A DNA stretch of 63,417 bases, filler included, from a bacterium (lineage in GTDB: Bacteria > JADJOY01): the NCBI GenBank assembly GCA_046331705.1. It is 9 parts of 9 records of this genome, joined end to end, with 100 filler letters (N's around TTAATTAATTAA, not from the genome) between each part and the next. Parts side by side here need not be neighbours in the genome. Positions count along the whole stretch, not along the records: positions 23,424 to 32,012 come from JAXLQJ010000106.1; positions 32,113 to 38,884 come from JAXLQJ010000108.1; positions 38,985 to 45,641 come from JAXLQJ010000109.1; 6 more parts are not named here. One strand, given 5' to 3'. Below the pieces are notes generated by a model, which did not search any database, was not told the DNA's origin, and saw only the letters and a list, made by a program, of their open reading frames with translations. This document shows, piece after piece, positions 30,441-39,985 of the stretch. The position numbers and the translations under genes were made by a program. The first letter of the stretch is position 1. Each line of letters opens with the position of its first letter.

Positions 30441-30728
30441 TCACGCACCCGCACCCGCATCGATCGACGGCTGGATCACCAGCTCGTCACCCGGCTGAAG
30501 CGCGTCGCCCACTCGCTCGGACGGCACCAGGTGCCGCCCCTCGCGATCGAGGCGCGGATGGTAGGCCTGCGGCCGGCCGTCCGCGTCCTTCGCTGGCAGA
30601 CCAAGCCCCTTCACGATGTCCTTGAGCAAGAGCTCGATCGTGCGGTCCGGCGGCGAGGCCATGTCCACCCGCTTCTGGCCCGTCACGTCCGTGGCGCGAA
30701 AGGCGATGGAAAGCTGTGAATCACCCAT
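30441..30728 (-). CDS. Ubiquitin-like (beta-grasp) protein, 95 aa
   Basis: GAGGAG RBS. Beta-grasp-like pattern (strand-strand, helix TIELLLKDIVKGLGLP, ...SERVGDALQPGDELVIQP), C-terminus IDAGAGA; adjacent to JAB. Confidence 0.8.
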   Translation of the reverse strand: MGDSQLSIAFRATDVTGQKRVDMASPPDRTIELLLKDIVKGLGLPAKDADGRPQAYHPRLDREGRHLVPSERVGDALQPGDELVIQPSIDAGAGA

Positions 30729-30800
30729 GACGTTCTCCTCTTCAGCGGTGTGCTGAATTGCGATCGGCTCGCCGCCGCCGGCGGTGGGCCGATCGTCGGT

Positions 30801-31754
30801 TCACTCCTCCACGTCCTCTGCCGCCTGGACCTCGTCCCCCCACACGTCGACACCGCGAGCGGCGAGAAACGCCCGTGCCGCAAGCTCGTCGGCGAGGCAG
30901 GCCACCTCCCGGTGCGACGCTTCGAACGCGGCGCTCATGGCGCCGAGCGCCAGATCGAGCGCGCGCGGTGTCGCCGGCGCCGGCAACCAGATCTCCCAAC
31001 CGAACGTGCGCTCCGGCTCGGGGCCGCAGATCGGGCGCGCGAGCCGCACGCTCGCCGCGACCTCGAGCAGCAACCGCGCGGCCGCTGCCCGACCGACCAC
31101 GCCGCACGGCGGCGACGTCGCGAGCGTGCCGCGAACCCAGATGCCATCGGGCTCATCGGTGACCCGCGCCTCGAGACTGACGTCGTCGGAATCGAGGTTC
31201 ACCTCGACGACGTCGCCCGGCGTGCGCATCGACACCCACTCCGTGTCCGCGAGCACGTGAAGCAAACCGTCCAGATCCGGCGCGTAATCCGGCGCGGCGT
31301 TCTCGCTCGACACCGCCGGCGCATCGTCGAGCGAGGTGTTCGCGTGAGCCCGGTGCAGCGCCGCAGGGACCTGGTCCAGCAGCACCGCGAGCCAGCGATC
31401 CGCGCCGAGCGTGAGCGGCACGTCGGCGAGCAGCGCGTGCGCCTTCGTCGCACGTGGGCGCGCGATCCTCACCCCGCCGCCCAGCTCGCGCGCGAGACGC
31501 AAGACGTCCAAGTCGCTCACCGGCGCGAGCGCGCCGTCGAGGGGCACCGTGAGCCCAAGCCAGGCGCCCTCGAGCTCGGCCCAGCCCTCGACGAGCCGGC
31601 CATTGCGATGCTCGAAGCGCATCTGGCGCGGATCGGCGGAATCGATCCGCGCACCGCTGCGCGCGAAGGCGCTTCGCACCTCGCGCGCCGCGCGACCGCT
31701 CTCGCACCACCCATCCATGTCCTGCATGCCAGCCACGCGATCGACGGCGTTCAT
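30801..31754 (-). CDS. Hypothetical 317-aa protein (possibly tandem YbjN/chaperone-like folds)
   Basis: ATGA overlap with the E2 stop; lies inside the operon; fold guess is from hydrophobic pattern only. Confidence 0.6.
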   Translation of the reverse strand: MNAVDRVAGMQDMDGWCESGRAAREVRSAFARSGARIDSADPRQMRFEHRNGRLVEGWAELEGAWLGLTVPLDGALAPVSDLDVLRLARELGGGVRIARPRATKAHALLADVPLTLGADRWLAVLLDQVPAALHRAHANTSLDDAPAVSSENAAPDYAPDLDGLLHVLADTEWVSMRTPGDVVEVNLDSDDVSLEARVTDEPDGIWVRGTLATSPPCGVVGRAAAARLLLEVAASVRLARPICGPEPERTFGWEIWLPAPATPRALDLALGAMSAAFEASHREVACLADELAARAFLAARGVDVWGDEVQAAEDVEE

Positions 31755-32012
31755 GCCGAGACCTCCGATGCTTGCGCCGGCGGCGCGCGACGCTTGAGCG
31801 GGCGCGTATCCACCGGAAAGCGCGAGCGGTTCGCGGGGTCGCGCGCCCACGCCGCGGCCGCGGGATCGAGGCAGTCGTCGAGCCGGAACCGGTTCCAGCT
31901 CACGATCTCCCAGACCTGGTAGACGAGATCGAGAAGCGCCGTTCCCGCGGTGACGTTCCCGATGCAGATCGCGTGCTTGCGACCGGCGATGTTGGGGTGC
32001 CACACGCTCTCG
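31751..32012 (-). CDS. E2 (UBC-like) conjugating enzyme, 3' part
   Basis: VWHPNIAGRKHAICIG (HPN...catalytic C), LLDLVYQVWEIVSW, DCLDPAAAAWAR (PLN.EAA-like), FPVD.RPL. Confidence 0.88.
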
Positions 32013-32112
32013 NNNNNNNNNNNNNNNNNNNNNNNNNNNNNNNNNNNNNNNNNNNNTTAATTAATTAANNNNNNNNNNNNNNNNNNNNNNNNNNNNNNNN
32101 NNNNNNNNNNNN

Positions 32113-32806
32113 CGGCCGCGCGCGGCTTGCGCGGTTGCTCGACTACGCTCACCAGCTCGATCGGATAGACGACTCCGCGCGCGGTCACGCAGTACGTCGT
32201 GGTGTCCGGGACGAATCCTCCGCCCTCGGTCGAAGCCTCGTGCAACAGGGCGACCACCGAGTCGTCGTCGATGCCTTCGAGCCGCGGCTCGTAATCGCGC
32301 AGCGCCTGGACGCGCGCCTGCCGCTCCGCGGTGGCTCGAATCTCTCCCAACGACAGGCGCGGGTCCGCGAGGCAGACCCGCTTCTGCACCGCCCGCGCCC
32401 GGAAGCGCGCAGCGTCGTCGTCGGTGATGAACCCCTCGAGGTGAACGCAGATCTCGCCGAACCCGGATCCATTGCGAAAGCTCGGGCTGCCTTGCACGCG
32501 CACGAATCCCGCGCTCCGGTCCTCGATGGCGTCCCGTGTGAGCGTGAAGTTCTCCATCTGCGTCAGGCTGCGGATGACGTCCCCGAACAGCTGGCTCACC
32601 GCCTGCCGCTTGGCGAGCATCACGAGGTGCGACTTGGCATCCTCGGCAGTCGCCCAGCCCATGCCGAATGCGGCGAGACACGCGTCCTGCGACGACGTCT
32701 GGGCGGCCGCTCGCGGTGCCCACGCGAGCAGGAGGAGGAGCACGACGCGCGCCGCGCAGGGCCGCGCGAGCCCGTTCGTCGCGGCGTGGCGGATCACCTC
32801 CCCCAT
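32113..32806 (-). CDS. Secreted hypothetical protein, 3'-truncated
   Basis: Signal-peptide-like LLLLLAWAPRAAAQ; AKRQAVSQLFG resembles FlgT-N/LPP20-type helices. Confidence 0.55.
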
Positions 32807-32843
32807 CCTCGTCTCCCGTGGGTGAAGTGCCGGCGCGTTCCGC

Positions 32844-34022
32844 TCACCAGTTGTATCGGCTCTGGAAGAAGTCCCGGACCTTTCGGACGGAGGCCAGCGC
32901 CTCGGCGCCAGAGACCGGATCCTTGAGCCCGAATTTCCCATCCGGACGCGCCGGGATGAATCCGCGCGAGGTCGCGAGCACCACCGCCGCGGCGCCGTAA
33001 TGGTCGGGCGGGACGTCGGAGAAGATCATGTCGCCGCCAAGCCCCTTGGTCGCGGACTCGCCGGTGACCTTGGTGATGATGCCGTCGAGGAGCATCGCCA
33101 TCTCGACCTTGGTGATCTTGTGCGCGGGATCGAACTTCCCGTCGACGGTCTCCATCACCTGGTAGGCCACCATCTTGTCGATCATCGGCTTGGCCCAATG
33201 GCCCTCGACGTCGGTCGCTCGATCTACGAACGGCTCGCGCCGAATCGTGCTCGCCGCTCGTCCTTCGGGGGCACGGAACGTGGCGTCCGGCTTGAAGCCC
33301 TGCTTGTCCAGCAATCGATCCAGCTTGAGCTCGGCGACGAAGATCGCCGCCACGTCCGCACGATCGATCTCGGGCTCGGTGGCCACGGCCAGGTACTGCT
33401 CCGGCATTCCGGCGAGGGCCTCACGAGCCAGATTCACGTCTCGCAGCGCCGCGCTCGCGGGAGGATAGTCCTTGTCGATTCCCAGGCCGGCTTCGAGCGT
33501 CCGGGTGGCCTTGTCGAGCTTGCCGGCGAGCAGGTAGGCGCGGCCCATCCAGGTGTGAAGCACCGCGAGCTTCGCCTCGCGCGCCGTCGACTCGTAGTCG
33601 TCGAAGGCGTCTTCCGCCTCCTCGAGCCAGTCCTCGCCTTTGAGCGCCGTCGCGACTCGGATCCGCGCCACGCCGACCCCGACCTCCTGGGTCGCCCCGT
33701 CCGAGTGGGCCTTCGCCGCGTCGAGCGCGGCGTGCGCGTCCTCGCCGCGCCCGAGTTGGGCCAGGGCAATGGCACGGCCGGCGTGGGCCGGGCCGTACTT
33801 CGCCTTGAGCGCGACCGCGCGGTCGTACTCGGCCAGGGCCTCGTCGTACCGCTTCTGCTCGAGAAGCTGATTGCCCGCCTGGGTGTGCACGACGGCCTGA
33901 TCCGCCGGACCTTCGGCGACGAGCGGCTGGGTCGCGCAGCCCGCCAGCGCGAGCACGGCGACGAGACCGAATCCGGCAAGCCTGGCGACCGCGCGACCCG
34001 CGTTGCTGCACGAAGTTTTCAT
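32844..34022 (-). CDS. TPR-repeat lipoprotein with C-terminal S-layer homology (SLH) domains
   Basis: LALAGC lipobox; TPR (GNQLLEQKRYDEALAEYDRAVAL); SLH motifs TDVEGHWA..GKFDP..ITKVEMA and FSDVPPDHY..GKFG.KDPVSGAEA. Confidence 0.85.
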   Translation of the reverse strand: MKTSCSNAGRAVARLAGFGLVAVLALAGCATQPLVAEGPADQAVVHTQAGNQLLEQKRYDEALAEYDRAVALKAKYGPAHAGRAIALAQLGRGEDAHAALDAAKAHSDGATQEVGVGVARIRVATALKGEDWLEEAEDAFDDYESTAREAKLAVLHTWMGRAYLLAGKLDKATRTLEAGLGIDKDYPPASAALRDVNLAREALAGMPEQYLAVATEPEIDRADVAAIFVAELKLDRLLDKQGFKPDATFRAPEGRAASTIRREPFVDRATDVEGHWAKPMIDKMVAYQVMETVDGKFDPAHKITKVEMAMLLDGIITKVTGESATKGLGGDMIFSDVPPDHYGAAAVVLATSRGFIPARPDGKFGLKDPVSGAEALASVRKVRDFFQSRYNW

Positions 34023-34066
34023 GCGTGTTGCTCCTCGGAGGGCAAGCGCGCCCTCCAGACGTCGGC

Positions 34067-35044
34067 TCAGTCGAGCACGATCATCACGCGTGCCTGAGCG
34101 AGAAAGCTCTGGCTCTGTGCAGCCGTCCGGAGCTTCAGCGCATCTTCCTTGGTCAGCACCAGATCCGCCTTGGCGCTGCCGGACGCGCTCGCGGCCTTGA
34201 CCGTGAGCGGGTTGTCGGTGACACGGGTGTTGCGCGTCGCCGCGTCCATGTTCTTCGAGTAACCGGCGAGGCCGTGCTCGATGGCGTAATCACGCGAAAC
34301 GAACGCGGATCCGTAGATGGGCTCACCCGCGTCGTCGAGCACCTTCGGGCTCATCGCCGGCCGCGCCGCGAGCCCGCGAGCGTCCACCACCACTCCCGTG
34401 TACACCGGACCGCCGGGGGAGGTCTTCGCGACCTCACCCACCGCACCGGTGGTCGGCGCAGGCGCGGCGGGCGGCGGGGCCGCGACCACCGCCGGCGGCG
34501 TCACCGCTGGCGTGATCGGCGCACTCGGCTTGGCGCCCACCACGGCGCCGCCCGGGGAAGGTGCGGACGGCACCGAGGGGAGCACGGCCTCGGCCAGGCT
34601 CGGCTTCCCCTTGGTCTCGTGAATGCCCAGCCGCACGTGGACGGTACAGGTGCCGTCGGCGTCGACGTGCTTCTCCATCGTGGTCGCCTGCACCATCCCC
34701 TGGATCTTGGTCCGGATGGTGTCGTTTTGCGTGACGTAGTTGATCACGGTGGTCTCGGAATCGATCTGCATTCCGTGGATCACCTCGAGCAGATTGCGCC
34801 GTGCCTCGACCTCTGCGGCACGACAGGCCATCAAGCGCCCCTGCGCCTCGGAGGTGTTCGCGGCGGGCACGCCGGCTCCCTCGGCGGTGATCTCCTGCTG
34901 GGTCCAGTCGATCTGACCGATCGTCTGGCCCTTCGCGCCCTTGGCGGGCACGACCACGTCGTTCGCGGCGTCTTGCGCCAGAGCCAATCGCGGCACCGCG
35001 ACCGCGGCGGCAATCAACAGCGCGACCCAACTCGTCCTCGTCAT
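34067..35044 (-). CDS. LPP20-like secreted protein
   Basis: IDWTQQEITAEGAG, ACRAAEVEARRNLLEVIHGMQIDSETTV, YTGVVVDARGL..PAMSPKV. Confidence 0.8.
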   Translation of the reverse strand: MTRTSWVALLIAAAVAVPRLALAQDAANDVVVPAKGAKGQTIGQIDWTQQEITAEGAGVPAANTSEAQGRLMACRAAEVEARRNLLEVIHGMQIDSETTVINYVTQNDTIRTKIQGMVQATTMEKHVDADGTCTVHVRLGIHETKGKPSLAEAVLPSVPSAPSPGGAVVGAKPSAPITPAVTPPAVVAAPPPAAPAPTTGAVGEVAKTSPGGPVYTGVVVDARGLAARPAMSPKVLDDAGEPIYGSAFVSRDYAIEHGLAGYSKNMDAATRNTRVTDNPLTVKAASASGSAKADLVLTKEDALKLRTAAQSQSFLAQARVMIVLD

Positions 35045-35183
35045 GGATTTCCCCCAATTCCTCGTCCCTCGAGCCACGCGTGTCTTGTCCCATCGCGTGA
35101 AAGGGGCGTCAAGAGCGAATCGTCCGGACATTTCGGCCCGACGTTGCTTGAGCGGGCGCGCGCACGCGTGGTATTCGTTGAAA

Positions 35184-36170
35184 ATGCTCGTAGTCACTGC
35201 GAATTCCTCACGGCCATGCAGGAGCCGATCTCGTCGTGCCGACGGTCCCGGAAACCCCGTAGGCGCCCACCCCGGCCGATGGTCCTTCGCCAGCGCGCGG
35301 ATCGCCGCTTGCGCCCTGCTGGCTCTCGCCGCGCAGCTCGGCGCCGCCGACTCGGCGTGGGCCGAGGCCGCGCCGGAAGCGAAACGCCTGGCGGTCTTCG
35401 ACATTCGCTACACCAGCGCCGATCGTGATTCCGGCACGCGAATGGGGCGCGCGCTCACCGACATGCTGACGACCGCCCTCATGAAGAGCGGCAAGTTCAC
35501 GGTGATCGAGCGCGACCGACTCGAACAGGTCGTTCGCGAGTCCACGGAGGTCCCCGCCGAGCACTTCATGGACGAGAGCACGACGGCGAAGATCGGCAAG
35601 CTGGTCGGCGCGACCCATTACCTCATCGGTAATGTCACCGAGTTCCACTACGGCGTCGGCAAGAAGAACCTCGACCTTCTCCAGGTGATCCAGTACAGCG
35701 CGAACGCCCGGCTCGGGGCCGATCTGCGCCTGGTGAGCACCGAGACCGGAGTGGTGGAGTTCGCCGACTCGATCCGCAAGGACTGGAGCAACACCTGGCA
35801 GACGGCCGATGCAAGCCGCGGCCCGGGCGGAAAGGCCGACGAGTACCGCACCTTCGAGAACCTCGCGCGGCAGCTCGCCGAGGACGCAGCCCAACGAATC
35901 GTCAAGGCCGTCTACCCGGTTCGAGTCGTGAAGGTCGACGGCACCACGGTGTTTCTGAATCGTGGCAGCTCTCAAGGCATGAAGGCCGGTGCCGTGTGCG
36001 AAGTGCAACGCGGCGGGGAAGCACTGGTCGATCCGGACACCGGCGCCACGCTCGGCACCACGGTGCGGAAAATCGGCCGTGCGAAGGTCTTCGAGGTGGC
36101 CGACAAGTTCAGCCAAGCCAAGGTCCTGGAGTCGATCGAGCCGATCGCCACGGGAGATACATGCAAATGA
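35184..36170 (+). CDS. CsgG/HfaB-like protein with FlgT-C-like domain (start uncertain)
   Basis: LAVFD, LTDMLTTALMKSGKFTVIERDRLE, AKIGKLVGA.HYLIGNVTEF, DLRLVSTETG; VFLNRGSSQGMKAG..DPDTG..LG. Confidence 0.8.
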   Translation: MLVVTANSSRPCRSRSRRADGPGNPVGAHPGRWSFASARIAACALLALAAQLGAADSAWAEAAPEAKRLAVFDIRYTSADRDSGTRMGRALTDMLTTALMKSGKFTVIERDRLEQVVRESTEVPAEHFMDESTTAKIGKLVGATHYLIGNVTEFHYGVGKKNLDLLQVIQYSANARLGADLRLVSTETGVVEFADSIRKDWSNTWQTADASRGPGGKADEYRTFENLARQLAEDAAQRIVKAVYPVRVVKVDGTTVFLNRGSSQGMKAGAVCEVQRGGEALVDPDTGATLGTTVRKIGRAKVFEVADKFSQAKVLESIEPIATGDTCK

Positions 36171-37336
36171 GCGGCCGCCAGCGTGTCGGCATCGGGGTGT
36201 TGCTCGTGAGCGCGGCGCTCTTCACCGGTTGCGCTGGAAGCCGGATCACCGTTCAGAAGTCGGTCCCCGCCGAGGTCGGGGCGATTCCCGGCGTCCTGGG
36301 CGTGGCGGGATTCGCTTCCGCTTCACCCGCCTACGGGTTCGTGGCGAGCACGGTCGCAGGGAAGCTCACCCAAGGCATCGCCAACAGCGGCCACCTCAAG
36401 ATGTTCACACGCGATCCCGCGGAGCTCGGACGCGTCGTCAAGGAACTCGAGCAGTTTCAGGGACGCGGGACGTTGTCCGCCGCCAGCCTGAACCGCCTCA
36501 TGAGCCAGGGTCTCGAGGGGATCATCTTCGGCGAAGTGACCATGGTCCAGGCCCAGGACACACGTCGCTGGGAAGACGTCCAAGTCTACGACGCGAACTA
36601 CAACGCGTATCGCCCCGCACGAAACGTTTACCTCACGCGCACCGGCGACCTCACGGTCAACTACAAGATCCTCGACGTCCACACCGGGCAGGTCTTGGTC
36701 GCCCAGAGCGACAACCAGCACGGTGTGTGGGAGATCCTGGAATCCGGGGTCGGGCCGCAGGCAGGCGGGACTCCCGCATTCAACGCGGGCTACGCGCTGG
36801 GCACGATGCTCGGGAGCGCCATCACCGGCAAGCCCGCGGCCGGTGCGCCACCGCCCGTCACCAGCACCGGCGCCAAGCTCGTGACGCAGCTCCCGGCGGA
36901 GACGGCGGTCGTGGACCAGCTCGCGACGCAATCCGTGGACGCGTTCCTCGCGAAGATTCAGCCGCATCTCGTGAGCGGAACCGTGCTTCTCAAGAAGAGC
37001 GGCAACGATCAGATGGAGCTCGGCGCGAAATACGCCTGTGCCTGCAACTGGGCGGCCGCCGAGCAGGTGATGGAAGCCGGGTTGCGAACGGGCACGAGCA
37101 TCGAAGGCGTCGACTTCTACAACCTGGCGGTGGTCAAGGAGCTGCGCGGCTGCCGACGCGAAGCGGTCGATCTGTTGGCCAAGGCCGTCGCCCGTGCCCC
37201 CGACGACGAAGAGATCGTGCGCGCGCACGCGCAGCTCCTGCAGAACGTCGATCTGCTCGCGGGATCGCCACCTCCCGATTCCAACTCCCCATGCTCACGC
37301 CCCTGCCAGATCGAGGCCTCGTGCGGCGTGCGGTGA
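36167..37336 (+). CDS. CsgG-like lipoprotein with C-terminal TPR
   Basis: LFTGC lipobox; VNYKILDVHTGQVL; FYNLAVVKE..G...A; ATGA overlap with the upstream gene. Confidence 0.7.
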   Translation: MSGRQRVGIGVLLVSAALFTGCAGSRITVQKSVPAEVGAIPGVLGVAGFASASPAYGFVASTVAGKLTQGIANSGHLKMFTRDPAELGRVVKELEQFQGRGTLSAASLNRLMSQGLEGIIFGEVTMVQAQDTRRWEDVQVYDANYNAYRPARNVYLTRTGDLTVNYKILDVHTGQVLVAQSDNQHGVWEILESGVGPQAGGTPAFNAGYALGTMLGSAITGKPAAGAPPPVTSTGAKLVTQLPAETAVVDQLATQSVDAFLAKIQPHLVSGTVLLKKSGNDQMELGAKYACACNWAAAEQVMEAGLRTGTSIEGVDFYNLAVVKELRGCRREAVDLLAKAVARAPDDEEIVRAHAQLLQNVDLLAGSPPPDSNSPCSRPCQIEASCGVR

Positions 37337-37577
37337 CGCCGTCCGCGAGCGCGGCCCAAGGGCCGCGCCGCGCTACGTTCGAGATCCAACTCGAGCTCGG
37401 TCCGGACGAACGGCGGGGGAGCCCCCTTCTCGTCGTGAAGCAACGCGCAGTGCGGCGGCCAGGCGACGTCCGCCGCACCGCCGTCCGTCGCTCGGAACCA
37501 TCCCGGCGCCACGCCGGCCTCGAACCCTTTCACCCCCCAGGATCCGCCCCCTTCGGGCTCGAAAAGGAGATGACTCG

Positions 37578-38753
37578 ATGATCGGCCGCGACTCTGCACC
37601 GTCGTTCGCACCCCACTTCCGAGCTCCGACGAGTTGGGTGCCGTTGTTCTTGTCGGCGGCGTTATTCGCGACCGGCTGCACCAAGCAGGTGAGCATCGAG
37701 TACCTGGAAACTCCCGGTGTCGATCTCAGCAAGCACCACACCATCGGTGTCGCCGGCTTCCAAGGTCAGAACGGACAAGACGTGAGTCGGTTGATCGAGA
37801 CCGCGCTCGGGCAAGCCAAGTCCGGCAAGCAGTCGTACTTCACGATCGTCGATCGCGATCGGCTCGAATCGGTGATGAAGGAGCAGCGGCTGAGCCTCAC
37901 CGGAGCGATCGATCCGAGTCGCTTGAAGGACGTCGGCAAGGTCCTCTCGTTGGACGCCCTCGTCACCGGCAACGTGGCCAGCTACGAGGTGAGAGACAGC
38001 TCGTACAGCGAGAACCGGAGCGAGTCCTACGAATGCGGGAAGAAGAAGACCTGCAGTCGCGACTACACCGTCGGTTGCACCAAGCGAGAAGCCTACGTTC
38101 AGCTCAACATCAGCGTGCTCGACACCGAGACGGCCCAGAACGATGCGCCGCTGTCGCCCGAGGGGCGCGCTTCCTCCGAGAAGTGCAGTGACCAATCCTC
38201 CACGCTGACGATGGGCGAGGAGTTGCTCCGCGCCGCGAGCCAGCAAGCGATCACCGAGTTCGTCAACCAGGTGACGCCTCACAAGGTGTCCGAACGCGTC
38301 ATGGTGAAGTCGGGCGACGACGACGCTCCGCTGCTCTTCGGCTCGGCGAGCGACTCCGTGTTGGCGAGCACCATGGGCAAAGGCGTGGACCTCGCGAACG
38401 CCGGCCTGTGGGCCGAGGCGGTCACGCAGTTCGAGGACGCCGTTCGTCAGAAGCCGACGTGCGCCGCGTGCCACTACGACCTGGGGCTCGCCATGGAGAC
38501 GTTGGCGACGGATCTCTCGGACCTGCAGACGGCGCGCGACCACTACCACCAGGCCGTCACGAGCCGACCGAGCGACACCTCCTATACGGGTGCGTTGAAG
38601 CGCATCGATCGCCGGATCTCCCAATGGGAAGAGCTCATTCGTCAGACCAAGGACCGCGAGGAGGCGGCTCAGCGAGCGCGCGAGGCCGAGCAGGCGAAGT
38701 CGACGAGCAAGACGACGAAGCCGGCCAAGAAAGGCACGAAGACCTCGAAGTGA
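37578..38753 (+). CDS. CsgG-like lipoprotein with C-terminal TPR
   Basis: FATGC lipobox; FTIVDRDRLESVMKEQRLSLTGAID..VGKVLSLDALVTGNV; HYDLGLAME. Confidence 0.78.
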   Translation: MIGRDSAPSFAPHFRAPTSWVPLFLSAALFATGCTKQVSIEYLETPGVDLSKHHTIGVAGFQGQNGQDVSRLIETALGQAKSGKQSYFTIVDRDRLESVMKEQRLSLTGAIDPSRLKDVGKVLSLDALVTGNVASYEVRDSSYSENRSESYECGKKKTCSRDYTVGCTKREAYVQLNISVLDTETAQNDAPLSPEGRASSEKCSDQSSTLTMGEELLRAASQQAITEFVNQVTPHKVSERVMVKSGDDDAPLLFGSASDSVLASTMGKGVDLANAGLWAEAVTQFEDAVRQKPTCAACHYDLGLAMETLATDLSDLQTARDHYHQAVTSRPSDTSYTGALKRIDRRISQWEELIRQTKDREEAAQRAREAEQAKSTSKTTKPAKKGTKTSK

Positions 38754-38984
38754 GCGCGCACGAGCACGTGCTCACGCCACTCCGATCGGCTCCGATCGGA
38801 CGAGGAGTCCCCGTGACCGCTACCACGCGTGGATGGGTGTTGCTGACGATTGTCGCGGCCGCGCTCTCGAGCGCCAGCGTCCTCNNNNNNNNNNNNNNNN
38901 NNNNNNNNNNNNNNNNNNNNNNNNNNNNTTAATTAATTAANNNNNNNNNNNNNNNNNNNNNNNNNNNNNNNNNNNNNNNNNNNN

Positions 38985-39644
<660 letters not shown>

Positions 39645-39845
39645 TCAGCCCCCTCCCACGAAGCGGATGATCTCCACCTGGTCGCCGTCGGCGAGCGTGC
39701 GCGCGGCGTGCTCGGACCGGGGCACGACCTCGCGGTTCACCTCGACCGCGCCGTAGCGCTGGTCCACGCCGAGGCGCGCGAGCAGCTCGGCCACGGTCAG
39801 CGGCCCCTCGAGCTCGCGGGCCTCGCCATTCACGATCAGCTTCAT
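39645..39845 (-). CDS. thiS: Sulfur carrier protein ThiS
   Basis: MKLIVNGE...[12 protein letters not shown]...[13 protein letters not shown]; directly upstream of thiG. Confidence 0.96.
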   Translation of the reverse strand: MKLIVNGEARELEGPLTVAELLARLGVDQRYGAVEVNREVVPRSEHAARTLADGDQVEIIRFVGGG

Positions 39846-39918
39846 CGCGGAAGGCGTAGCACGCCCCACAACCCCTTGTCCCCTGGCCTCGCACGCCGCC
39901 GGGGACCCGAGGTCATCG

Positions 39919-39950
39919 TCGTAAACCGAGCTGCTCGGCATGGTTGACGA
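39919..39950. promoter_or_regulatory. BirA-type biotin operator
   Basis: tcGTAAACC-N14-GGTTGACga, against proteobacterial consensus TTGTAAACC-N14-16-GGTTTACAA, directly upstream of bioF. Confidence 0.8.
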
Positions 39951-39985
39951 TGGCGAATTTGCAAATTAGATCGCACGGTTTCGCC

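Noticed and set aside
39645-39845. ThiS as the modifier for the E1/E2 cascade
   Set aside because: It is on another contig, coupled to thiG, and is a normal sulfur carrier; the operon has its own Ubl.
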